Below, in pieces: positions 51,322 to 63,830 of a stretch of DNA of 64,000 nucleotides; the stretch's first letter is position 1, and each line of letters begins with the position of its first letter. Source of the stretch: Octopus vulgaris (taxonomy: Eukaryota). Under the pieces are notes generated by a model that was not told the DNA's origin, made no database searches, and saw only the letters and a program-made list of their open reading frames with translations. The translations under genes were made by a program, and so were the position numbers. The stretch covers positions 5,270,001 through 5,334,000 of the forward strand of contig OX597823.1 of assembly GCA_951406725.2 (NCBI GenBank), given 5' to 3'.

Positions 51322-52460
51322 CAAAGGTTGTACTAAAAGTAATGCAAATGTAGGCATAGCTTTATTAGTAACTGTCATAAGTGGTTCAAATTGCACCTGC
51401 TGATGGAGCATCTCTTCAGGTAAATAATGGGTTCCAAACAAAAGCAACATGCTCATCATTTGAGTTCTTGTTGAAAGAGAGGTGTAGACTGTCTGCCATT
51501 CAGAGAAGGATACAGATTGTTTGCAGAGATGACAACATTGACAAAGGCAATGCAGAACAGATGGATGGAGATGTTCAAAGAAGAGGCAACTAGCATTGAA
51601 GACAAACTGTGAAGTGGGAGACTGTTAATGATGACCTCTGACATGAATAGGCAGCGGAAAGATGAAAAGATTTGCGTGGACTGAAGAGTCCTAATTTGTG
51701 GGTTTGCTACTCAACTGGGCTGTGGTCACTGTGCAATATAGTAGGCAGTGCATGGCTTTCGGTGCTGGAAAATATGTATAAAGAGTGTACCTCAGTAGTT
51801 GATACCCAAAATGAAGGAGAGAAGATTGAAAGTCAATCTGATCCACTGGAAGCATTCGAAGCCTATTAAGATATTTTTTTTCCAATCTGATGACAGGAAA
51901 TGAAATATGAGCAAATCTTTCTGATCTGGAAAGAAGGCTCAGTCTATGGAACAGTATCACACCTCTTCCCCAAGGCCTAATAAGTGTAAGAGCCAGTGAA
52001 TGGCAGAGAACATCATGGTGAATGTTGCTGGGGATGACAAGTGTGTCATTCTCCCTGATTTTCTGGAACATTGAGACATTCAAAAAGCTTAGAGAAGTCA
52101 TTAGGAGAGAAAGAGACCAAACAAAAATCTGATAATGAGACACACTCATCCTGACAATGCATGACCACACATCGGGCATCAACTGTACAATCCTGATTTG
52201 GTACCCTTCAGCCCAATGAAAGGTAGTCTTTGGGGACAATGATTTGATGACACATACAAGGTGAAAGTGGGCTCAACAGAGCACACCTGAATTTTTTCAA
52301 AGAGGCTCTGAGAGTTAGGTTCAACAATGGCACAAAACACACTTCTTACAATGGGGACTACATTAAACAGCACCTTTGTAATACGTGCAATATGACCAAC
52401 TAATCTCAGTCAATAAAAAAGTTATGCTCATTTTTGCATTTCTTTTTGGTTGAATCTTCT
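51322..52460 (+). mobile_element. Degenerate mariner-type transposon
   Basis: Remnants EFLLKE, TSIEDK..SGR, TGNE, KLREVIRRKRP and PDNA.PH; weak TIRs (caaaggttgtactaaaagtaatgcaaa). Confidence 0.7.
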
Positions 52461-53087
52461 CAGACATTTTGCTGAATTTGATCTCCAATTATCGTTAGTT
52501 TGATTCCTGAAAGATTTCTTTAAGTTTCCATTTACCAGATTCACTCACAAAGCTTTGATCAGCCAGGAGTTTTAAGATATTTGTGAAAAAGGTGCTGTGG
52601 AGTAGGACTGAACCCAAAACCATGTAGTTTCAAAGCAAACTTCTTAATCACACAGCCATGCCTGCACTTATATTCCTTCTGAATTCAAAGCCATTTGTAT
52701 CTTTCACTGAACAAATCATGTGCTAACATTACAACTGTACCTGTGTAAGAAACCTCTGGCTGTTCTTGTCCCTTCTATCATACTTCAACCTTTCCAACAC
52801 CTCATATAAAGCCTCCACCCTTTTTACTATAAACCAACTGAGATGACTTTCTAGTCTTGCAAATTACACACCATCCTCACCAGTGCTAATGCCATGAAAA
52901 AAGAAAGCACCCAGAACACTCCATAAAATAGTTGGTGCCAGGAAACGTATCCAGCCTTAGAATCCATGTCGAAACTGAGCCAGCAGAGCAAGACGTGTTT
53001 CTCAAAACAGTTGGATTCTGCCAGCATGGATGGAAGGACAAAAGTGAAATAAGTGGCGACTTATAAGAGAAACCATTATTTACTTAC

Positions 53088-53272
53088 AACCACAAAATAT
53101 TCCTTGGTGACACTTCTCCATTGAAGAGATTTGCTGTTGTTGTTGTGGTGGTGGTAGAATACTGTTACCGTTTGTTTGAATGTTGGTCGTTCCATTTGCT
53201 ATCATTAACAGATATTGATGTAGAATGGCATGTTCAGAATTTCCTTCTGGAGTATTCACTTCTGAGAAATTC
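53088..53272 (-). CDS. Uncharacterised protein, internal exon (NFSEVNTPEG...HQGIFCG)
   Basis: Acceptor ttcttcttttttttttgttAG and donor T|GTAAGT; open, phase 2 to 1. Confidence 0.8.
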
Positions 53273-54502
53273 CTAACAAAAAAAAAAGAAGAAATAATGC
53301 TGGTCAAATAAGTAACATTTCAATGTGTGAAGCTAACAGGGAAGTCTATGCAGTCATTAGAAATAGCAGCTAAATTACCCTCAAACCACACCATGCCATC
53401 TTAAAGGATGTAAAAAAGAGACTGGATGGTCAAGGTTGGAATTTCTTTGATTATGTCTCTTCAATTAAAGCTGACCTGGAGCTATACAAAAACAGCAATA
53501 TTCTGATACATAATGACTTAATATGGCAGCAGAAGGAGCCAAAGAGTATGTGGTCGCTTAACTTGCTCCAAAATAGCAACTAAATCTCCCTCAGATCTCC
53601 TACTTTGCTTTTATGCAAACACACCAAATATACATATTCACACACACACAAAAGCAGATATGCATCGTCATCATTGTTGTTTTAACAGCCCTCTTCTATG
53701 CTTCAAGGTTGAGACAGAATTTCTGATTGGACACCCTTCCTGTTGCTAAGAGAGACGTTTTTCATGGAAGATGGGAAATGAATGACACCACTTCTATGAT
53801 AGTTACACTTGTTTACAACTATCATGGGATATCAAGACAAGTAACCACACACACAATTGATACATATTTAACCATTGTGGTATAAAGCAATTTGCAAAGA
53901 AAGGGAAAAACATTAGAATGTAAAAATTAATATTTTACCACAAGTATTGAAAAAGTACCCTGAAAGTAATCATGTCTCTGAACTTTCTTTCTAACCTAAT
54001 ATAAATATATATAAATATATATATATAATATATATATACTGTTGAATAGGTATATAATAAGTTTCAAAATTTCAACAGAAACACAGCAAGGGAACAAATG
54101 CAAAATTCACACACAAGACGGGATGTTGCTCATTCCTTGTCAGTTATCATCCAAAAGATACTTAAAATTTCATACCTTTAGCAATAATAATAATATTGCT
54201 CACTTTTGGTGGCGTCAGCAGCAAAAAGCTGCTGGGAATAGTGAGCGAACGTTCAGGACAGTGACAAAAGCTAGCAAGACACAAATGCAAATAGACAGGT
54301 TCAAAAAAAAAATAATAGCAGTTGAACCCTGGGTCACTGTAATTGGCTATGCTCCCCTCCACCAAAATTCCAGGCCAGGTGCCTATAGTAGAAAGGGTTA
54401 CTACTACTGCTGCTGCTGCTGGCAGAAATACCACCCTCCAGGCAGTTTCCTGCAAGTGATAGATAATACTGTGTTAATTATATCCACTTACGTAATACTT
54501 AC

Positions 54503-54745
54503 CTAAAACATGCTGCTGTTGTAGCAGGTCTGTGATTAAGGCTTTTCCTTTGGTCAGTCTTTTGATTAGACTTCTTGGGTTTAGAGACAAACTGACTAGT
54601 GTGAAGAGGAAATACATTCTTTCTCTCTGATAAATGGTTAACATTTAGAATTAATAATTCCTCTTTATAATCAAATTTTGAAGAATTGTACTTCAGGTTA
54701 CTGCCAGAGTTCATTTTCACATATTCAGTATTTGGTATATATTTA
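54503..54745 (-). CDS. Uncharacterised protein, internal exon (KYIPNTEY...RPATTAACF)
   Basis: Acceptor ttttcatctccatttcAG and donor AG|GTAAGT; 243 nt open, phase 2-2. Confidence 0.8.
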
Positions 54746-55666
54746 CTGAAATGGAGATGAAAATTGAAACCAGAATAAGAAAAATATGTAAATTTGAAAT
54801 CTGTAATTGGTAGATTTTATCTGTTGATATCATAGGCATGGTTGCTATAGATACACAGATGGCTGTGTGGTTATGGAGTTTGCTTCCTAGATTGGTGTTT
54901 TGGTGTTCAGCCCAAGGCCAATTGAAGCCTTGTAAGTGGATTTAGTAGACAAAAATTGAAGAAGTTTGTCTATGTATGTATGTATATATGTATGAGTGTG
55001 TATGTATACATGTGTATATGCTTGTGTCCAGTTATCTTTACATCATATGAAGTTGTAAATGAGCGTCACTGTCATACAACCAGTGTCATTTATTTCCCGC
55101 CATTAGGAAATATTACTTTGCTTGGAAACAGATGAGGGTTGGCAACCAACCATAGAAGGTCTGCTTCAACAAATACCATTTGGCTCTTTATAAAGAAAGC
55201 AATGATGATGATATAATTTAGCCTGTGGTCAACTCTGATCAAGGAACAAACATATGAACTAGAGTGTTCTAGCTGTAACCATTTTGGATATAAAAAAACC
55301 CAGAATGGTTACAGCTACGACACTAGTTCATTTCTAGTGTTTGAAATATGGAGTGATATTCTGGTATTGTCGTGTTTAAGATATGGAATGGTTGGTATTC
55401 CAGTATTCTGATTTCTATTTCACATGTTAATTGTTTTGGAGTTCTAGATTGTTTAACATACAGCTAAAGTTGTTATGCAGTTATATCTGTATGTAATGCT
55501 AAAAGTATGATTGTGATATTGCCTGCGTAGAATGCTTTGTAGATATTTTAAAGTTGAGTTGAAATGGAGAGGATGAAAAAATGTGAAAAGCACGATTGAT
55601 TTTGGAAGTATCCAGGACAAGTCTTTAAGCAATTTTCCATAGATCTGAGATAATGTATTTGGTTAA

Positions 55667-55885
55667 CCCTTTCATTACCAACCTGGCTGAAACCATCTCT
55701 GGCTCTGAGTACAAACGTCTTGTTTTCATAAGTTTTGAATTAAAATCTTCCACCAAACCTTCCTCACAATTTATGTTCCTAACACTAGCTTAATGATAAC
55801 TAAGTTATTTTACTAAATTCTTTGTTATACTAAAAATTAATTGAAAGAAACACAGCATCTCAGAATAAATACAGTAATGAAAGGG
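55667..55885. mobile_element. piggyBac-like MITE (TTAA-flanked, CCC...GGG ends)
   Basis: TTAA-ccctttcattac...gtaatgaaaggg-CTAA. Related copies at ~18261-18470, 23362-23738, 31330-31675, 43618-43827 and 49270-49495. Confidence 0.7.
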
Positions 55886-57042
55886 CTAAACAATGTGTTC
55901 ATTCTGAGATATCAATGACGGTATATTGCATATGCACAATATTCCTAGTGGAACAAAAATTTACCCTTGATAGCTTATACTAATAAAGTTGCCAAAAGAT
56001 ATCCTAGGAAGCAATTTTTTTTTTTCACTACCATTAGTGAAAGGACTATATTATCATCATCATCGTCGTTGTCATCTATCCACTTTGCATGCTTGCATGG
56101 GTTGGACCAGTCATCACAGTCAAGGTCATCTGTTGTTGGCAGCCACTCATTCAATAGACAGGTGCTAATATGGGTCATTTGTCATTTTCTACAGCTGGTG
56201 TTTTGTCTCTTTTTATTTTATGTTTTCCAGCATGCAGTGCCCAGACAGACCCAGAGAATGTAAGAGAATTCTGTTTCCATTTATTTACATAAAAATAATT
56301 ACATATACACATACGAATATGAACACATTTATGCAAATATACGTGTTCACGCACTGCTAGACATATCTACATCCTCAGTGATATCCTAATGGACTAATGG
56401 ACTTACAGAACATGATTTACTTACATTCATATATCAATGTTCAACATTACTTTCATTAAACAAAACAAGAGAAATTTGAGAACAGCAAACCAGCAGCTTA
56501 TAGCAAGAGCTTATTGCTTAGTTGCTATTTGGGTGCTGCAGTTAGAAAAATGAATAAACAGATCTCCCAACACGTTTGTTCAATTTATGTCTGTTGCTCC
56601 ATACAAGCATAGATTAGATGAACATATCATACAGCATCTTTCTTTTAATAACCAGATAACCATTTTTGTTGCTAACACATCATCATCATTGTTTAATGTC
56701 TGTTTTCCATACTGGCATGGTTTGGACTGTTTGACTGAAGATTCAAGGCTGCACCAGGCTCCAATCCAATCTGGCAATGTTTCTACAGCTTGATGCCCTT
56801 CCTAAAGCCAACTACTCCAAGGGTGTAGTGGGTGGTTTGCACATGCCAGCGGCACAGGAGCCAGTCACGCAGGCCTAGCATCAATCACGTTTGGATAGTG
56901 CTTAGGTTATTCTAATAAAAGATCTCTTAATTCACACATCTTTAAGGACACAAAACAACTATGTGGTTTGTTAACAGGAGAATTGACAAAACTAACACTC
57001 ATATTTACTTTTGTAGAGCACAGATGTAAATTCAGACTATAA

Positions 57043-57044
<2 letters not shown>

Positions 57045-57119
<75 letters not shown>

Positions 57120-57146
57120 CACACACACACACACAAATATATATAT
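57045..57146. repeat. Compound microsatellite (TG)n-(TA)n-(CA)n
   Basis: Seen directly. Confidence 0.95.
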
Positions 57147-57709
57147 AGTTGAAATTTACAGAAAAGCAAAAGATGAAGACAGGTGTATGAACAACAAGCA
57201 GGTGTATTAGTTTGAAGCTTGGGAAAGTGAGAAAGTCTTGTATGTGTATATAGACCTGACGGAAGCCCCTTATGCGCATGCACAATCATCATCAGCAGCT
57301 AGGCTTGACCACCCATTCATCCTCTTTGGCCCCGGCTTCTGACCAGACAGGGCGCGACTGAGACCAGCTCTGTGGAGCTGGAATTCTGATGGCGAGCAAC
57401 GTTGTGAGTCTGTGAAAATGCCTTCGTATTTTTGTGTCTAACTACCAACCCTGCTGCTTCCACACCAAGGCATCCAGGCTACCGATGTCCAGAGATGAAA
57501 TGGTTATTCAGGCGAAATAAATCATTATTGTTATTTGTTTGGAGAGATCTTGTCCTTGCCTTTTCCTTCCATGAACTATGTATGGAATTGTGAAGCACCC
57601 ATCCAGTGCCAACTCATTTCCTACAACTTTTTCATTTTCCAAGGCGTTATACTAATACATCTGTTTGTTGTCTACACCACCTGTCTTTGTCTTTTTTTTT
57701 TTAATTCTC

Positions 57710-57753
<44 letters not shown>

Positions 57754-57829
57754 ATTAGAAATCAATGGTAAAAAAAAGAAAATACATCTGAGTGTTATCA
57801 ATATATTGTAAAAATAGATGCAACATGAA

Positions 57830-58140
57830 AGGTGAGCTCTTCAAGTTTCTACCGACAGTCACAGATGTTCAATGTGGGCACACTTTGCCATATGGCAGAT
57901 GGCTACACCACAGACTTACTCCTGTAAGTCTTGTGGAATTTGGAGGTATGAACACTGTCTTTCAGATCCCTGCAAAGGAAAAAGTCACAAGGTGTTAGGT
58001 TGGGAGACCTTGAGGGAAGCAGACCATCAATTGTAAATATATCCCAGGATGCTGGTTGAGGTAATCACATATGTGTCTATACCAATGTCTTGCTGCATAA
58101 TGAAGTCAAGTACGTCTTCTTTCAACTGGGGCAACAACCA
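57830..58140 (-). mobile_element. Tc1/mariner transposase C-terminal fragment
   Basis: Minus strand PSRSPNLTPCDFFLCRDLKDSV resembles WP.RSPDLTPCDFFLWG.LKD.V. Confidence 0.6.
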
Positions 58141-59015
58141 AATGAACAGCATTGTTCCTTTTATTTTGAATTATTCTGTATATATAAAAATCATTGTTTC
58201 AATCTCCATTTTTCCATGCTTGCATGGGTTAGGCAGAGTTTATTGAGACAGATGTTTTAGTTTGATGCTCTTCCTGTAGTCAACCCTTACCCATTTCCAA
58301 GCAAGGTAATGTTTCCCCATGGCCAGACATATTTCTACAGAATATGAGAAACAAATGACATTTACTTGCAACAGTCAAGTGATGTCAAGACAAGGAGACA
58401 CAAAATACACACACACAAAGAAATCCTTTCAGTTTCTATCCAACAAATCCATTCACAAGGCTTTTTTTTTTCCAGCCCAGGGCTATGCTAGAAGACACTT
58501 ATCCAAGGAGCCATGCAGTGGGACTGAACCTGAAACTATGTGGTTGCAAAGCAAGCTTCTTAACCACAGTCATACTTCCACATAGACAAAACAAACAGAA
58601 TGGACTTCTTTTTCAGTTTCTGTCTACCAAACTAATTTACAAAGCTTTAGACAACCCAAGGTTATAGTAGAAACCACTTGCCTGAGGTGCCACAAAGTAG
58701 GACTGAACCCAAAATTACATGGTTAGGAAGCAACTTTTTTAACCACACAGCCATGCCTGTGCCTAGCCTTGCCTTGCCTCTAACTTGTATTCTAAATAAT
58801 CTACTTTATATTTTACTGTGTATTTATAAATATAATATATACAATCTTTTAGCTCTTCTTAAAAAAAGGTGTTCAACACATTAGGTTTCAGTAATGAGAG
58901 TGTGTCAGTGATAACGAGACTATAAATTATGGCTTTAGCAAATATCAAATGAAGTTTGCCATTATTCTAGCTGAGAGAATTAATGAAATAAATAACTAAT
59001 TAACTAATAAATTAC

Positions 59016-59107
59016 CTGTCAACATTTACAATTATTTTCATTTTGCTTTCTTGTTGTGTATCATCTGTATTCAGCTGCTTATCACAGACAGCAGGGGACA
59101 TAATTTC
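59016..59107 (-). CDS. Uncharacterised protein, most 5' exon visible (EIMSPAVC...VNVD)
   Basis: Minus-strand acceptor ttgttctctgcAG and donor AG|GTAATT. Open frame; the phase-2 end joins the next exon in frame. Confidence 0.7.
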
Positions 59108-59203
59108 CTGCAGAGAACAATTATTATTAACTTTAGGAAAGACAAGACAGAAAAAAAAAAATAGCAATAATGACAACAATGACTATACGTGTGTATATAT
59201 ATA

Positions 59204-60025
59204 CAGAGTGTGATGGGTAAATTGTTGCCATTTTATATTTTAATTTTGCTCATGGGCATTGTTTTTGATTTTATTGACTACACAATATAGTAGGGTCAGT
59301 TGGGCACCATGATGCAATTAACTCGGCTAGAAATTTCGAAACAACATGCACTGCTTGGCATTTGCACCAGAAACTCCAATATGAACATTTCAGAGTTTTG
59401 GGTGTCAATCTGAGTCCACAAAACCTGAGTGATAAAAATCAAATGTTCATGGTGTTTGGAGTGATCACTAGTGATAGCAAAGTTATGCCTCCATTCATCT
59501 TCATACACGGCCTCAGACTCAACATGGAGGCCTACATCAAAGAGGTAGTGCTGTCCTGGGTCAAGAGGGTGGCTAGTGGAAGACCCTATGTCTGGCAACA
59601 GGACTCTGCATCATACTACACAAGCAGGAGAACCCAGTTATGGCAGTCAGACAATTTCTGTGACCACATCACCCCTAACATCTGGCCACCTAACTCTCCA
59701 CACTGCAACTCCCTTAATTATTATGTGTGGGGCATAGTGGAGCAAGAGGCCAACAAAACTCCTTGTAACACCAAAGATGAACTGAAGACAAGGATTATGG
59801 CAGCATTCACCAACTTAAACAAGGAGACCATCCAGAAGAATTGCAGGAGATTCCAAAGTTGTCTGGAGGCCATAGTTGAAGCCAATGGCAATTTTATTGA
59901 ATAAATTTACTCTTTAGTATTTCAAGATATTTCTATGTAATTTTGATAAATATATGTTAAAACGAGATAGCAGTGTTATTCTCATTTTTGCGTAATTTAG
60001 ACAACAGTTTATTCACCGCACCCTG
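59204..60025 (+). mobile_element. Internally deleted maT (DD37D) Tc1/mariner transposon
   Basis: TA-flanked TIRs (cagagtgtgatgggtaaattgttg versus reverse complement cagggtgcggtgaataaactgttg). ORF has WQQDSA, then 37 residues ending in WPPNSPHCNSL, then N in place of the third catalytic Asp. Confidence 0.88.
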
Positions 60026-60360
60026 TATATATACGGAGAGAGAGAGAGACATGATGGGCTTCTTTTTCAGGTTCCACCTGTCAAATTAATTCACCAAGTT
60101 TTTGTTCCAGCAGTGCTATAGCAGAAGCTATTTGCTCAAGGTGACACAGTGGGGCTGAATTTAAAACTATGAGGAAGTACAGGTAGGCCCAGAATTAAAG
60201 CTGAGTGGGAAAGTACTTCAAGTTTGGTAGGACTGTTATAAACAAAAATTAAAACCCATGATAAATTACAGAATTTAAATCTCAAAACCCATCTACTGAC
60301 AAGTTAAATCATACAAAGTTTAAATGCATCTGTCAATGCAAAATTTTGTCATCAAAACTA

Positions 60361-61900
60361 CAATGGCCAAAATAAGACTGATGATGACAGTTCTATTCCT
60401 TCATTAATATATTTTTAACAAAACTGTATAAAATTATTTTATTTTTTACAGTTTATGTAGAATTTTTATCTCTTTCGAATGATATAGGCATTATATATCT
60501 TTCTGCAATTCGATTAATTCAAATGATTACAAATTGTCAGCAAAATAATTTCAAGACTGTATCAAGATTATGCAAACTAATAAGCCAAATGGGTGGTCAT
60601 ACTTCACTGTTTTGTTTAATAATTGAGCATTGTTACACATTCATTCAGTATGGGAAAGCTTTGTAGTATCAGCCCAGTTCCTAGATCAAAGATTGTTTTG
60701 CTTCGTTAGCAAACTGTGTCCTTCATGAACATTAGCAAGCAATTAGGTTGCAGCAAAACAGCTTGGGTTCAAGCATAGAAGCTTTACCAATACAAAGATC
60801 AGCATAGAACAGGCGCTCTGAGAAAAACAACAGTAGAGATGGATCAGCAAATTCATAGGCTCTCTGGAGGTAACCAAATGCTAACAGCAGTGGACATTTG
60901 CAAGCAATTATCTTATGAAACTGACATCAGCTTTACAGCACAAATTGTCAGAATTTGGATTGTTCAGTCAGATTGCTCAAAAGAAGCTGATAATCTCTGA
61001 GACTAACCAGCGGAAGCAGAAAAGCCATGCTGAATGGACGGCCAAAGACTGGTGAAAAGCTCTTTGGAGCGATGAACCCCACTAGTGCATCTTTGGGAAA
61101 GGCTTATACTGGACATTGTCCAACTGAAGAATTCCATCCTAAGTGTGTCAAGAAAATGGCGCAAGCATGAGGTGGGGGAGTAATGGTGTGGGTCACATTC
61201 AACAGCTTAGGTGTTGGTGCAATTGTTAAAGTTGATGGCAGACTGAATAGTGTAGACTATCTGCAATAAGTAAATGAAAATGTGCTGCCATATTTAAATA
61301 ATCAGAAGGCACCGGGATCTACTTACCAGCAGGACAATTGCCCCATTCATAAGACTAGGAGAGTTTTGCAATAATATGGTTGTTATTGAGTGGCCTCCTC
61401 AGAGCCCAGATTTGAATCCAATAGAAAATTTATGGAATTATGTTTCCAAAAGAGTTCATGCTAAAAAAACCAACATACTTGTCCCAATTATATAATTTTA
61501 TTGAAGAAATATGGCAGAACATTGTGAGTGATTTTTGTGCCCATATGTCAAACTCCATGTCCCACCGTTGTAAGGCCATAATTGAAAATAATGACTATGG
61601 AACTAGGTACTAATAATAAATTCTTGTTTGTTGATCATTTGTGCCATAAATTTTCAATTTAAACAAAATAATGCTGGTATGGTCATAAATTTATTTTGCT
61701 GACAATTTGTAATCATTTGAATTAATTGTGCATTAAAATTATTCAAATTGCAGAAAGATATATAATGCCTATATCATTCAAAAGAGATAAAAATTCTACA
61801 TAAACTGTAAAAAGTAAAATAACTTTATACAGTTTTGTTAAAAATAAATTAATGAAGGAATTGAGCTGTCATCATCAGTCTTAAACTTATTTGGCGAGTG
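60361..61900 (+). mobile_element. Tc1-type transposon fossil with ~200-bp IR-DR-like TIRs
   Basis: Long TIRs (~60361-60560 versus ~61680-61900). Transposase remnants WSDE, VMVW, YQQDNCPIH and WPPQSPDLNPIENLW, with stops and frameshifts. Confidence 0.9.
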
Positions 61901-61989
61901 CAAGTGCAGCAGGTGTTATCACCTTACCACTAGATACTACGACTACTTCAACAAAAAGTCTTTCTACACTTGGCACGTGAAAAATCTTT

Positions 61990-63830
61990 AATGATTTTAC
62001 TTAAACTGTATTGTCTTAAGAACACTGCTCTCTACACCCAAAAGGAGAAGTTAGCCTTTCTATGGGTCGTTGCAGTTCTCAGATGTTGAAAGTCCTGCAT
62101 CTGAATTCTTCTCTTGCAGAAAGGGCAACTTCCTCTTAGGCTGAAGCTGGGTTTCTCTTCTTTGGGATACCTGTTGTTATTTTGTAGTTTGTGTTTCGAA
62201 ACATGTTCTTGGCATCCAGTTCCAACTCTCCATACATATCCTGCAGAAAGTTTTCCAAAAAATCAATTAGATCCACCAATTTATTCAGATCGACATCAAC
62301 TTCTTGAAAAGCTTTACTTTTACTGTTAAAACGTATAAGAATTAAATTCCGGATCTTAGCCACCAGTTTCAAGACAATCCATTTTATCAGTCAGTGTCTG
62401 AGTTTCATATTTGTCACAAATCATTTTCAATATCTCTGAGTGCATTTTAATTGCAGCTGTATCCATCAATGGGGGCTTTAGTAGCATCAGCGCTTGCTGA
62501 CCAATGAGTTTCTGACAAAAAATTCAAAGTTATTTCTCTTATTTCTTGCCAAAGATTTCATTAAATTTGCCAGTCTATGTGTTGAAATAGACAAAAAAGA
62601 TATATAACCTTTGTCATGAAAGTCAAAATAGCCAACAGTTTCAACATAGCAAGAAACAACTCCTTGTCCAACAGGATTCAACAAATGAGTAATACAGGAA
62701 ATGAAAACTGTTGGCTGAGTTCTTTTTCCTAAGCCTGATTTGCATTCCTGTGTAGTGACTGGACACGACTAGCATTATCAAAGCTACTTCCTGCAGTCTG
62801 CAAACATTATACCCTTTTTGAAAGAAATTCTAACAGCGATACAGTCAATATTTTAGTTTTGTGAGAACCAGTGTATAGGAAAGTTAAAAACCTTTCTATT
62901 GGCTTCTCAGAAATAACACACAATAACTGTTGGCAAATCAACATGATCCCTGTCTTGTTTTGAATCTACAGAGACTGAGAAATGCTTGGCAGTTTTAAGT
63001 TTTGCTACACTAAAAACAATTTCGGGGAAACAACAACTATCAGACAAGTAATACACCATGTGGTAGTGAAAATATTTCTAGCTGAGCCACACTTGGCATT
63101 TAGGGATAGTGAAGAGATCATAGGATCTAAGCCTAACAGGAATTTTTTTTAAATTATGGAACTTATTGCACAGTTTGATCCATTTCTGATGGGTCATTTG
63201 AATGCATTTGACAATCCTGGAAGGGATAAGCAGTCATACTTAACATTTATCATCCACAAAAAAACGTTTTGATGGTGGGAAAAGGTTATGAATCATACTG
63301 CAGCAAAACATTCCCTACATAAAAGATTGAACTGTGGCCTTGGTTTTGTTCATGGGTTCCCATTTTCTCCTCTTTTTTCCAATCATTAAATGCTTCCTTC
63401 TTGTAAAACCTGACATATCAGCTTGACATCAAAGTACAGTGAAAGCAATAAACTGTATCCTTTGAGGGGCTGTACAAGAACCACTGTCTCTAATGAAACT
63501 CCCTATTGTCGTGAATAGTATAGCAATTGCAGTTTACCTTCACCTAATTGATAATGGCATCAAGAATTGTTTTGACATCGAACTGATTTTGACTGAAACA
63601 ACATGGATACAATTTTCTCTGGCAAAAAAACACATGGCTGGGTCTAGATCCCATGATAGCATTTCACCATCCTTGATAGCAGGATGTGGTGATACTTCCT
63701 CTTCAATATTTCACTCTTGTTTATCTGCAGATGTACTTGGGAGTGTTGTTGGTTACCCAAAGGAAGGAATATCAGATACTGAGACTTCATTTAAAAATTT
63801 TTTTGAAGCAAAGAAAAAGGGAACTGCTAT
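61990..63830 (-). mobile_element. Degenerate hAT transposase (ZMYM1-like/DUF4371 type) with internal inversion
   Basis: Minus strand: RQWFLYSPSKDTVYCFHC, FNDWKK, AKHFSVSVDS, IERFLTF, DCR...DNAS, HLLNPVG, RFNSKSKAFQ. Plus strand 63011-63300: FLAEPHLAFR, ELIAQFDPFL, SYL. Confidence 0.85.

Noticed and set aside
51691-52239. 182-aa minus-strand ORF
   Set aside because: Antisense to a decayed mariner transposase.
54042-54506. 154-aa plus-strand ORF
   Set aside because: Runs through a degenerate SINE and lacks splice or homology support.
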